Assembly: GCA_035559595.1 (NCBI GenBank)
Contig: DATMBF010000005.1
Location: 18,707 to 82,706, forward strand
Reading direction: 5' to 3'
From: Bacteroidota bacterium
GTDB lineage: Bacteria > Bacteroidota > Ignavibacteria > UBA10030
DNA length: 64,000 bases
How positions within the stretch are numbered: position 1 is the first letter of the stretch; each line of letters starts with the position of its first letter. The notes beneath the pieces are model-generated. The model saw nothing but the letters and a program-made list of their open reading frames with translations, did no database searches and was not told the origin of the DNA. Positions 55,798-64,000 of the stretch are shown piece by piece. The position numbers were made by a program, and so were the translations under genes.

Positions 55798-57908
55798 AAA
55801 CATTGAAACGACAGAAACGGTCGGTTTCTCTTGGTGGCCGTAAACTCCGAACGTCCACCGGCAAAGACACAAAGACTGTCACACGTGCACGCGGAAGGTC
55901 GTCGCAGATCATCTCCAGCGTTGCGTTTTCGAGGAATGTCGAGACATTCCAGCATCTCATCGAAACATCTCCGTTTGGTCATGTGATTCTTCAGGATTCG
56001 AAAATCCTTTCCGCTAACCTAATGTTTGCGAAACTCATGGCGTTCCGGTCGGTGGAGAACATCCGCGGGAAGAAGTTTTCGGGTCTTCTCACACCGGAGA
56101 GTCAGCGCACCTTCAATCTCATGGTACGGCGACTTGAGCGCGGAGAAACTCCGATACAAAAGTTTGACCTCGTCCTACGGCGAAATAACGGGACGACAAT
56201 TGACGTCGAGACGACCGTCATCAGGTGTGAAGTGGATGGAAAACAAGCATTTGCCTTGCATTGCAGCGATATTACCGACCGGAAGAATCTCCAACGGAGA
56301 CTCATTGATTCCGAAAGCTTGTTCCGGAATGTCGTAAACTCCATGGGAGATGCGCTGGTCATCACCGACCTTCAGGGAAAAGTTCTTGATGTCAATCGTG
56401 AGTTCGAGCGACTCACGGGCTATGATCGCTCAGACGCCGTTGGTAAAGAGATTCCGTATCCATGGACTGATCAAATTTCCATGAGATCGGTGATGGACTG
56501 GTTGGAGCGGTTGAGGAAAGATGGCTCCTTAAGGGATTTTGACGTCACTTGGGTGACGAAAGAGGGGAGAAAGATCGCCGTCAGTTTGAACACAACGCTC
56601 TTGCGATCTTCGTCGGGTGACCTCGCCGCAATGGCGAACGTTGCACGCGATATCTCCGAGCGTCAGGCTGCCCAGAGAGAACTCAGCAATCAGGTTCGGC
56701 GACTCGAGGTCCTCTACGAACTCGGTCGGCTGCTCACGGGGACGTTGGATTCTCAGGAGATTGCGCGAATAACCTACCAGCAAGTGTGGAAAGTGATTCC
56801 GTTCGATGTGTTTTTCCTTGATCTCTATGACGAAGAGCGGCAGGAACTCCGACCCGTGATCTGGTATGACAGGAAAGGGGAGGATCTCGTTGAGTATCAG
56901 GTTCCGGAACGGGCCGTTCCGCTGGCAGAGAGCCCTGCCTGTGTACGCGTGGTAAAGTCGCGGAAATCCTTTCTGGAACTCCGTGGAAGTCAGGCAACGA
57001 GTGAGTACTTGCGGTTCGGCGAAGTCAGCGCGCTCTCCAAATCCCTCGTTTTTGTGCCGATGTTTTCCAAAGACCGCATTATCGGGATCGTTTCGGTCCA
57101 AAGCTATGAATACCAAAGCTACACGCAGGAACACGTGACGCTACTGGAAAGTATAGCCAGCGTGGCAGCCATAGCTTTGGAGAAAGCAAAGTTGTATAAC
57201 GAGACAGTGGCGAAGTCCCTCGAAATTGAAGCGCGGAACAAGGAACTCGACGATTTCACGTATGTTGTCTCTCACGACCTCAAGGAGCCTCTGATTAGCG
57301 TTGAAGGCTACACCAAGATTCTGAAGAAGATTTATGAAGATCGACTAGATGGGGAGGGGAAGCAATACCTCCAGTCGGTAATCGAGTCCTGCGGCCACAT
57401 GAAGCGGTTGATCGAAGATCTCCTCCAGTTATCCCGTGTCAGCAAGGTGCAGGAACATCGAACGACGATCAAACTCAGTGAGCTCGTAACACAAGTGATC
57501 TCGGAATTCGAATTTGCCATTCGGGATCGCAAAGTGAAAATCCAGAGTTCGGATTCGCTTCCATCGGTTCTCGGCATTGAAGCACATTTGAAGATTGTGT
57601 TTCGCAACCTCATTTCGAATGCCATCAAGTTTTGCGATAAGCCCAATCCGTTGATCGACATCACCGCCACCACTGAAGGCCGCATGGCGATTATTCGTGT
57701 CAAGGATAATGGCATTGGCATCGAGCCCCAGTATTTTGACAAGATTTTCATGATCTTTCAGCGTTTGCACAAGCGGGAAGAGTTCGAAGGAACGGGAGCG
57801 GGGCTCACGATGGTCAAAAAGATCGTTGAGTCCCATGGGGGACGCATCTGGGTGGACTCCACGCCGGGGGAAGGTTCGACTTTCTCATTCACGCTTCCCG
57901 TGCCGTAA
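55794..57908 (+). CDS. multi-sensor (PAS-PAS-GAF) histidine kinase
   Basis: Two PAS-like blocks (ITDRKNLQ linker, VNSMGDALVITD), a GAF-like block, the H-box FTYVVSHDLKEPL, then NAIKF and DNGIGIE / GTGAGL. Confidence 0.85.
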   Translation: MKTLKRQKRSVSLGGRKLRTSTGKDTKTVTRARGRSSQIISSVAFSRNVETFQHLIETSPFGHVILQDSKILSANLMFAKLMAFRSVENIRGKKFSGLLTPESQRTFNLMVRRLERGETPIQKFDLVLRRNNGTTIDVETTVIRCEVDGKQAFALHCSDITDRKNLQRRLIDSESLFRNVVNSMGDALVITDLQGKVLDVNREFERLTGYDRSDAVGKEIPYPWTDQISMRSVMDWLERLRKDGSLRDFDVTWVTKEGRKIAVSLNTTLLRSSSGDLAAMANVARDISERQAAQRELSNQVRRLEVLYELGRLLTGTLDSQEIARITYQQVWKVIPFDVFFLDLYDEERQELRPVIWYDRKGEDLVEYQVPERAVPLAESPACVRVVKSRKSFLELRGSQATSEYLRFGEVSALSKSLVFVPMFSKDRIIGIVSVQSYEYQSYTQEHVTLLESIASVAAIALEKAKLYNETVAKSLEIEARNKELDDFTYVVSHDLKEPLISVEGYTKILKKIYEDRLDGEGKQYLQSVIESCGHMKRLIEDLLQLSRVSKVQEHRTTIKLSELVTQVISEFEFAIRDRKVKIQSSDSLPSVLGIEAHLKIVFRNLISNAIKFCDKPNPLIDITATTEGRMAIIRVKDNGIGIEPQYFDKIFMIFQRLHKREEFEGTGAGLTMVKKIVESHGGRIWVDSTPGEGSTFSFTLPVP

Positions 57909-58359
57909 CGGAGGACATCTGACGGAACCCAAAGCACCCCTGCGCATCTTGCTGATTGAGGATAACGAGGATCACGCCAGAATCTTTCGCTGGGCGTTGA
58001 GCCAGAGCAAGACGACGAATCAATTGACGATTTTTCAGAGTGGCGAAGCCGGTTTTGAGTTCCTGCAACAGCAGGCACAAAATCCGGATACTGCGCCCGA
58101 CCTCGTCTTTCTCGACTTCAATCTCCCGAAGGTTGACGGGCGAGAGATACTGCAGAAGATCAAATCGAATGACTTAACGAAGATCTTCCCAGTTATTGTG
58201 CTCAGCAGCTCGGAGCGGGATGAAGATGTCTCTATCGCTTACCAGCTGGGTGCGAGCAGCTTCATTTCAAAATCTGTCTTGCTGGATGATCTCAGTCATG
58301 TTCTTGAGACTATCCAACACTATTGGACGAATATCGCAAAGTTACCACAACGGAAGTAG
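57826..58359 (+). CDS. single-domain response regulator (Rcp1-like)
   Basis: The receiver begins near 57940 (RILLIEDNEDHA, LVFLDFNLPKVDG, VIVLSSS). The start codon is uncertain because the TTG 57826 and ATG 57835 candidates both overlap the kinase 3' end. Confidence 0.8.
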   Translation: MSPMGDASGWTPRRGKVRLSHSRFPCRNGGHLTEPKAPLRILLIEDNEDHARIFRWALSQSKTTNQLTIFQSGEAGFEFLQQQAQNPDTAPDLVFLDFNLPKVDGREILQKIKSNDLTKIFPVIVLSSSERDEDVSIAYQLGASSFISKSVLLDDLSHVLETIQHYWTNIAKLPQRK

Positions 58360-58361
58360 GG

Positions 58362-59039
58362 ATGGCGGAGAAAAAGACCATACGCGTTCTGCTCGTAGAG
58401 GATAACGCCGACTTCGCAAAGCTCGTTTCGTTGTTTCTGGCTCGGTTCGAGGATGCACATTTTTCAGTGACGTGGAAGTCGAATGCGACCGAGGCACTAG
58501 CGGAGGTCGAAAGAGATTCCTTGTACGATGTGATCTTGATGGACTATTTTCTCCCAGGGCTCAATGGCCTGGAAGCGACAAAGACTCTTCGCGAAAAGAA
58601 TATCCCGATTCCCGTTGTTTTTCTCACGGTCAACAAGGATATGCATCTTGCCGTTGAGGTGATGAAACTTGGAGTTGAGGATTATCTCATCAAGGAAGAG
58701 ATCTCAACGCCGATACTTCCCAAAACCATACTCAGCGTTGTTGAGAAGCGTCGCCTCGAAATGGAAGTGGCAGAACTGGAAATCCGCCAGAAAAGACTTG
58801 AGGCCATGCAGGAGCTGATCGTCGGCATTACCAACGAACTCGCATCGCCGCTGGGTGAAATGCACCAACATCTTGATGAATTCCTTCGCATGAACAACAA
58901 TCCGAAAGTTGTTCGATATCTCAACATCATCAAAGAGAATATCGATCGCATCAGCAACAAGATGGAGAAATTACGGAATCTGCGTGAAGACAAGACTGTG
59001 CAGTATATCAAAAACATCAAAATGATAGACCTTTCCTGA
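58362..59039 (+). CDS. response regulator receiver fused to a coiled-coil / His-less DHp-like domain
   Basis: Receiver (RVLLVEDNADFA, VILMDYFLPGLNG, VVFLTVN, DYLIKEE). Then LEAMQELIVGITNELASPLG resembles the GIAHEINNPL H-box but has Asn in the His position. There is no HATPase domain. Confidence 0.75.
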   Translation: MAEKKTIRVLLVEDNADFAKLVSLFLARFEDAHFSVTWKSNATEALAEVERDSLYDVILMDYFLPGLNGLEATKTLREKNIPIPVVFLTVNKDMHLAVEVMKLGVEDYLIKEEISTPILPKTILSVVEKRRLEMEVAELEIRQKRLEAMQELIVGITNELASPLGEMHQHLDEFLRMNNNPKVVRYLNIIKENIDRISNKMEKLRNLREDKTVQYIKNIKMIDLS

Positions 59040-59046
59040 TCTGCCT

Positions 59047-59889
59047 ATGAACCTCAAGGTCGCTCTTGCGCAGATTGATTCAAAAGTCGGCAATGTCGAT
59101 GACAATCTTCGACACCATCTCGAGGTTGCCGACAGAGCCAAGCGAAGGGGCGCAAAGCTCATTCTCTTTCCGGAACTCAGCCTCACGGGATATTCTCTGA
59201 AAGATCTGGTCTGGGATGTGGCGCTGCAAAGATCAGATTCGGTGCTCTCTCCGCTGCTCAAGAAGAGCAAAGATATCTCGATGGCTGTTGGATTCGTTGA
59301 AAGCGGTGAAAATCACGCCATCTACAACGCAGCGATGTTTCTCGAGGATGGAGTTGTGAAACACGTTCATCGGAAGGTTTATCCCCCCACATACGGCATG
59401 TTCGAAGAGGGTCGGTATTTTAGTGCGGGGAGGGGAGTGAGTGCCTTTGATTCCAAGCACGGAAGATTCGGAATGCTCATATGTGAAGACCTTTGGCATG
59501 TCTCACTTCCCTATCTTCTTGCATTGGACGGAGCTGAGGGTATCCTATGTCTCACCGCCAGTCCGACACGACTCGCCGGAGAGACGTCTTCGCTTGGCAT
59601 TGCGGAAGTGAATCACGAGCAACATCGAGCCTACGCACGGCTTCTGAGTCTTTACGTTGTCTGGTGTAACAGAGTAGGCTTTGAGGACGGTGTCAACTTC
59701 TGGGGTGGTTCCACCGTTACAAGTCCTTCAGGCGAAACCATTGCCCAAGGAAAAGAGTTTAACGAAGACCTTGTGGTTGCCGAGCTAAGCTCTCATGAAG
59801 TGATGCGAGCAAGAAGGTTCTCAAGACACTTTCTCGATGAGAAGCCGGACATGGTCGTTCGGGAGCTTCGCCGTATTCTTCGGAAATAG
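59047..59889 (+). CDS. carbon-nitrogen hydrolase (nitrilase-superfamily) protein
   Basis: LILFPELSLTGY (catalytic Glu), a KVYPP region (Lys), MLICEDLWH (Cys). Confidence 0.8.
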   Translation: MNLKVALAQIDSKVGNVDDNLRHHLEVADRAKRRGAKLILFPELSLTGYSLKDLVWDVALQRSDSVLSPLLKKSKDISMAVGFVESGENHAIYNAAMFLEDGVVKHVHRKVYPPTYGMFEEGRYFSAGRGVSAFDSKHGRFGMLICEDLWHVSLPYLLALDGAEGILCLTASPTRLAGETSSLGIAEVNHEQHRAYARLLSLYVVWCNRVGFEDGVNFWGGSTVTSPSGETIAQGKEFNEDLVVAELSSHEVMRARRFSRHFLDEKPDMVVRELRRILRK

Positions 59890-59987
59890 CATTGCACCTC
59901 TCCGTTTTCGGTTGAATCTCCAGACCTTTTTTGCTACATTCCTATCTGACGACCAAGCAACCACGAATTCTTTGAGATTTTTGTGAG

Positions 59988-60848
59988 GTGAGTACGATGA
60001 ACATGATGAAAACAGCTCTTCTGATGGCATTGATGATGGGATTACTCCTCTTTGCGGGCCAACTGCTCGCCGGTGAGCAGGGACTCATGATGGCTTTTGT
60101 CTTCTCGCTCATGATGAATGTTGGGATGTACTGGTTTTCCGACAAGATTGTTCTCATGAGCTATCGGGCAAAGGAGGTCACTGAAGCGGAAGCTCCTCGG
60201 TTGCACAAGATTGTGCGACGTCTTTCGCAGCAGGCACATATGCCGATGCCGAAGGTATATATCATCCCCGGAGATACGCCGAACGCATTTGCCACCGGCC
60301 GGAATCCGGACCACGCTGCCGTTGCCGCAACAGAAGGGATTTTGCAGATGCTCAGCGATGATGAGCTTGAAGGTGTGATGGCCCACGAGTTAGCCCATAT
60401 CCGCAATCGCGATATCCTTATTGCGACCATTGTTGCGACCATGGCCGGTACGATAACCTTCTTGGCACGGATGGCGATGTATGCATCGCTCTTCGGAGGA
60501 AATCGTGATCGCGAGAATTCCAATCCGATAGCTGAGCTGGCGTTGCTGATCCTCGCCCCGATTGCCGCGATGCTAATTCAATTTGCGATCTCACGCTCGA
60601 GAGAATTCTTGGCGGATGCCGGAGGAGCAGAGATCTCTCAGAAACCTTTGAGCCTGGCAAATGCTTTGCGAAAGCTCGAGGCCGGGGTCAAAAGGATTCC
60701 CATGGAGTCTGCAGGAACTGCGACTGCCCACCTTTTTATTGTGAATCCACTTCGCGGGAGCGGCATCACGAAGCTCTTTTCGACACACCCGCCCACTCAT
60801 GAACGAATCGAGCGACTCGAGCGGCTTGCCATGAGTGGCACATACTAA
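59988..60848 (+). CDS. htpX: zinc metalloprotease HtpX
   Basis: TM-rich N-terminus, HELAHIRNRD (HExxH), REFLADAGGAE, STHPPTHERI. ATG 59997 is an alternative start. Confidence 0.9.
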   Translation: MSTMNMMKTALLMALMMGLLLFAGQLLAGEQGLMMAFVFSLMMNVGMYWFSDKIVLMSYRAKEVTEAEAPRLHKIVRRLSQQAHMPMPKVYIIPGDTPNAFATGRNPDHAAVAATEGILQMLSDDELEGVMAHELAHIRNRDILIATIVATMAGTITFLARMAMYASLFGGNRDRENSNPIAELALLILAPIAAMLIQFAISRSREFLADAGGAEISQKPLSLANALRKLEAGVKRIPMESAGTATAHLFIVNPLRGSGITKLFSTHPPTHERIERLERLAMSGTY

Positions 60849-60941
60849 CTGGCAGGATCGCCCTCTCCGACGTTTTGATAGCCTCTCACGTTGAAGGGGG
60901 CGTTCTACTTTCCGGAGTTATCGTTGCATCAGATCAACACT

Positions 60942-62234
60942 ATGATTCCAACCCACTCTTCTGTCTACAAAGAACCCGCCCCTCTCCTCGATCGTGAGAA
61001 TCCTTTTGAGTCGATGATGCAACGGTTTGACGTTGCGGCACATCTTCTCAATCTTGAACCCGGTTTGTACGAGTACCTGAAGACCCCGGTTCGGCAGATC
61101 ATCGTTTCGATTCCGATCGCGATGGACAATGGAGAGATAAAAGTGTTTGAGGGATATCGGGTCATTCACAATGACATTCTGGGGCCGTCCAAGGGGGGAA
61201 TACGATATGCTCCGGACGTGACCTTGGATGAGGTGAAAGCCCTTGCTGCCTGGATGACATGGAAATGCGCAGTCATGAATATCCCTTTCGGCGGCGCGAA
61301 AGGGGGCGTGAGGTGCGACCCCTCAAAGCTCAGTACACTCCAGATAGAGAAAATCACGAGACGGTATACCGCCAATCTTCTCGAGATTCTCGGGCCGGAT
61401 CGTGATGTTCCTGCGCCGGATATTAACACCAACGAGCAGGTCATGGCATGGATCATGGATACGTACAGCATGCACATGCGCCGAACGGAGACTGCCGTTG
61501 TCACCGGAAAGCCGCTAATCCTTGGCGGGTCTCTCGGAAGAAAAGAAGCGACCGGTCGCGGTTGCATGATTGTGACTCTTGCTGCTATGGCAAAGCTTGG
61601 CATCAAGCCGAAGGATACAACCGTTGTTGTACAGGGTTTCGGAAACGTTGGCTCGACGTCTGCACAGTTGCTGCGTCAACAAGGATGCAAGATTATCGGC
61701 ATCGGAGACGTCTCTGCTGCCTACTACAACAAGAAGGGGATCGATGTCGACAAAGCATTAGAATGGACGCAGAAGAATCGCACGCTTGCAGGATTCCCCG
61801 GAGCTGAGAAGATTCCACAGGAGGAACTTCTGGAATTGGAATGTGATGTTCTTGTTCCCGCCGCGAAAGAAGATCAGATTACTCATCGCAATGCTCCAAA
61901 GATCAAAGCCAAGATCATCTGCGAAGGCGCGAACGGACCGACGACGGCGAAGGCAGATCCAATTCTTCAGGAAAAGGGGATCCTGGTGATTCCTGATATC
62001 CTTGCGAATGCGGGAGGTGTTACCGTTTCATACTTCGAGTGGGTGCAGGATCGAATCGGTTATTTCTGGTCGCTCGAGCGAGTGAACCGTCGGCTGGAAC
62101 GAATGATGAAGGAGGCGTTTGACTCCGTCTTCAATACGGCCGAGAAGTACAACGTGACCCTTCGCATCGGCGCCTATGTCCTGGCAATCGACAAGGTGGC
62201 TCGGACATTGAAGCTAAGGGGCATCTACGCATAG
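60942..62234 (+). CDS. Glu/Leu/Phe/Val dehydrogenase family, glutamate dehydrogenase-like
   Basis: PFGGAKGGV, the dinucleotide fold GFGNVGS, and ANAGGVTVSYFEWVQ. Start placed at ATG 60942; the ORF track begins at TTG 60891. Confidence 0.9.
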   Translation: MIPTHSSVYKEPAPLLDRENPFESMMQRFDVAAHLLNLEPGLYEYLKTPVRQIIVSIPIAMDNGEIKVFEGYRVIHNDILGPSKGGIRYAPDVTLDEVKALAAWMTWKCAVMNIPFGGAKGGVRCDPSKLSTLQIEKITRRYTANLLEILGPDRDVPAPDINTNEQVMAWIMDTYSMHMRRTETAVVTGKPLILGGSLGRKEATGRGCMIVTLAAMAKLGIKPKDTTVVVQGFGNVGSTSAQLLRQQGCKIIGIGDVSAAYYNKKGIDVDKALEWTQKNRTLAGFPGAEKIPQEELLELECDVLVPAAKEDQITHRNAPKIKAKIICEGANGPTTAKADPILQEKGILVIPDILANAGGVTVSYFEWVQDRIGYFWSLERVNRRLERMMKEAFDSVFNTAEKYNVTLRIGAYVLAIDKVARTLKLRGIYA

Positions 62235-62238
62235 GAAG

Positions 62239-62811
62239 TTGGGAGTGATTCTTCGGCTCCATCTTGACGCATGGCTGGCTGCCTCTTTGATGGCCAGCGT
62301 GAGTTTGGCACAAAGCGCAGCGGACAGATCCGCAATGGCTGTTTTGAGTGACCAGGCAAGAAGCATCGCGGAAGAAATGATTGCAACGGTTCAGTTACCT
62401 TCCGGAAGCCGCATTTCGGTGTTTGTTGAGGGTGGAGATGCGAGATCGGTGATTGAGAACTCGTTGATCGAGGCGATTCAGAAACGCGGAGTGCATCCGA
62501 GAGTAGTGAAAGATCCTGTGCCGCCTGGTATCCATGTGGTTGTTCTTCAGCAGGAAGTTCACTACCAGAAAAACGAGAAAGAGCTTTTCGAGCGTCAGAT
62601 TCGGACTCATGTCGAGGGTCGTTGGGTGAATGAGGGTCTTGAAGCCGTGTTTCTTGGGAGGTTCAAGCGTACAGGAATCGACACGGTATCTTCCCGTGAG
62701 GACAGATTCCCGGAGTCAAAAGCGACACTCCTTGAGCAAGTTCTCGGCCCAATTGTTGTTATTGCCGGAGTCATCGTTGCCGTTTATCTTCTGTTCACGG
62801 TGAGAAGTTGA
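62239..62811 (+). CDS. hypothetical protein with signal peptide and C-terminal TM anchor
   Basis: Open frame with an N-terminal hydrophobic segment and a C-terminal LGPIVVIAGVIVAVYLLF. No family recognised. The stop overlaps the next gene's start. Confidence 0.4.
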   Translation: MGVILRLHLDAWLAASLMASVSLAQSAADRSAMAVLSDQARSIAEEMIATVQLPSGSRISVFVEGGDARSVIENSLIEAIQKRGVHPRVVKDPVPPGIHVVVLQQEVHYQKNEKELFERQIRTHVEGRWVNEGLEAVFLGRFKRTGIDTVSSREDRFPESKATLLEQVLGPIVVIAGVIVAVYLLFTVRS

Positions 62812-63836
62812 GGCGGATCGTTTCCGGTTCGGTCTTAGCGGCGCTGTTGTGGGGAGTGTCCGTTGCGTCTTCATCCGACACCACGCATGTTTCGCTCATT
62901 GCTTTTGGTGATGTGAATCTGGGGCGAGCTGTTGGACAGGAGCTGTTGAAGGGTGATCTCGACTATCCGTTCGCGCAAGCGAGGCCACTGGTAACGTCGG
63001 CAGATATTGTGTTTGTGAATCTCGAGAGTCAGCTCTCCGAGCAGGGCGGGGAGACCCAGCATCCGAAGTACAATCTGATCTTCTGTGGTCCGCCGGAAGG
63101 GGCGAAGGCGCTGAGGCACTTTGGGGTTACGGTCGTGTCGACAGCCAACAACCATGCGTTTGACTATGGACTCAAAGGGCTAAGAGAGACGATCGATTAT
63201 GTAACTGCAGAGGGGATGCGGTATGTTGGAACCTCAAAGGATTCGACAGAGCTGTTTGCGCCGGCGATCATCGAGTCGAATGGTGTTCGTGTCGGCTTTG
63301 TGGCGTACACGGAGTTTGTGAATATGAAGCTGGGTTGGCAGGGAAGGATTGCCGTTTTTGAAGAACCAAGGGTGCAACGTGAAATCGAGAGGCTCCGCGC
63401 GACGGTAGATGTCGTCGTTGCGAGTTACCATGGAGGAAATGAATACGTGGATACGCCGCATCGGCGGACCCTTCGGAACTTGCGACTCCTCGCCGAGGCA
63501 GGCGCGGATGTCGTCATTGGCCACCATCCCCACGTGCCGCAGGGGATTGAAAGGCACAAGGGAACGTTGATCGCGTATTCGCTTGGGAATTTCGTTTTCT
63601 ATCAACCTCAACGCCACTGGACACAGCGGGGATTTGCTCTCAACGTGAAATTCAGAAAATCGCTCGGAACAACACGACCGGTCGATGCTCGCATTGTGCC
63701 CCTCATGGCCGGCAAGCAACCGAGTCCCATGATTTTGGAAAGCGAGAGGGCAAGCTTGCTCGAGCGATTACAGAGACTCTCGACGGTGCCGATCAGGCAA
63801 GAGGGGGAGTGGTTTCGAATCGATTTATCAGACTAG
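62808..63836 (+). CDS. CapA-family (PGA_cap metallophosphatase-like) protein, copy 2
   Basis: IAFGDVNLGR, NLESQLS, ANNHAFDYG, YHGGNEY, GHHPHVPQGIE, SLGNFVFYQ. Confidence 0.75.
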   Translation: MRRIVSGSVLAALLWGVSVASSSDTTHVSLIAFGDVNLGRAVGQELLKGDLDYPFAQARPLVTSADIVFVNLESQLSEQGGETQHPKYNLIFCGPPEGAKALRHFGVTVVSTANNHAFDYGLKGLRETIDYVTAEGMRYVGTSKDSTELFAPAIIESNGVRVGFVAYTEFVNMKLGWQGRIAVFEEPRVQREIERLRATVDVVVASYHGGNEYVDTPHRRTLRNLRLLAEAGADVVIGHHPHVPQGIERHKGTLIAYSLGNFVFYQPQRHWTQRGFALNVKFRKSLGTTRPVDARIVPLMAGKQPSPMILESERASLLERLQRLSTVPIRQEGEWFRIDLSD

Positions 63837-63845
63837 GTGAACACA

Positions 63846-64000
63846 ATGAGTCTTAGACAAAGTGTGAGGCTGATTCTGGGCGGAGTACTGACGATCGTCG
63901 GGTGCAGCTCGGAAGACATTGTGGAGCAGCTCGGTGCCGAGGCTCGCTATGAGATTGCCATAGCGAAGTTTCGCGAAGGGGATTACCTCGATGCGATTGA
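63846..64000 (+). CDS. lipoprotein, BamD/YfiO-like N-terminus; 3' end beyond window
   Basis: MSLRQSVRLILGGVLTIVGCSS contains a lipobox. ARYEIAIAKFREGDYLDAI then looks like a first TPR, as in BamD. The frame is open to the window end. Confidence 0.4.
   Translation, partial: MSLRQSVRLILGGVLTIVGCSSEDIVEQLGAEARYEIAIAKFREGDYLDAI

Overview
Densely coding 64-kb chromosomal segment with about 60 CDS and 2 tRNA-Ser genes. It looks like an FCB-superphylum bacterium (Ignavibacteria/Chlorobi/Bacteroidetes-like): it has a T9SS C-terminal sorting domain, a CarboxypepD_reg-type TonB receptor and a Chlorobium-like pterin cluster. All calls come from motif recognition in the supplied ORF translations and from reading the DNA; no database search was run. 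Most of the window is ordinary core metabolism:
- split methylmalonyl-CoA mutase, TldD/PmbA, Maf, Csp
- pyrK-pyrD-folC, rho, thiolase-hbd-acd
- DAHP synthase, HtpX, GDH, LemA/TPM, two CapA paralogs
I found no CRISPR array, transposase, integrase, prophage or recognisable classical defence genes. Items worth a second look:
1. An ~18-kb phosphate-type supercluster (14.4-32.9 kb): PhoB/PhoR-like two-component system, a six-hairpin glycosidase-like gene, a HAD-GT4-metallophosphoesterase operon, a TonB receptor plus T9SS beta-helix protein, and porin-pstSCAB-phoU. Its promoters share helically phased TAAY direct repeats, which are candidate Pho boxes.
2. A Pol II-like family-B DNA polymerase whose Exo I/II catalytic residues appear replaced. 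It sits directly behind an NfeD-stomatin pair.
3. A five-gene Hpt / receiver / TPR-beta-barrel / HEAT-repeat / GT2-synthase module bracketed by two tRNA-Ser genes. It reads as a synthase-dependent exopolysaccharide system controlled by phosphorelay rather than c-di-GMP.
4. A receiver protein fused to a His-less DHp-like domain.
5. A PTPS-FolE-SDR pterin cluster, a DPPR-synthase/DUF362 coupled pair, and a Tat-exported TldD.
None of these is proven novel from sequence alone; each entry states what would confirm or refute it.
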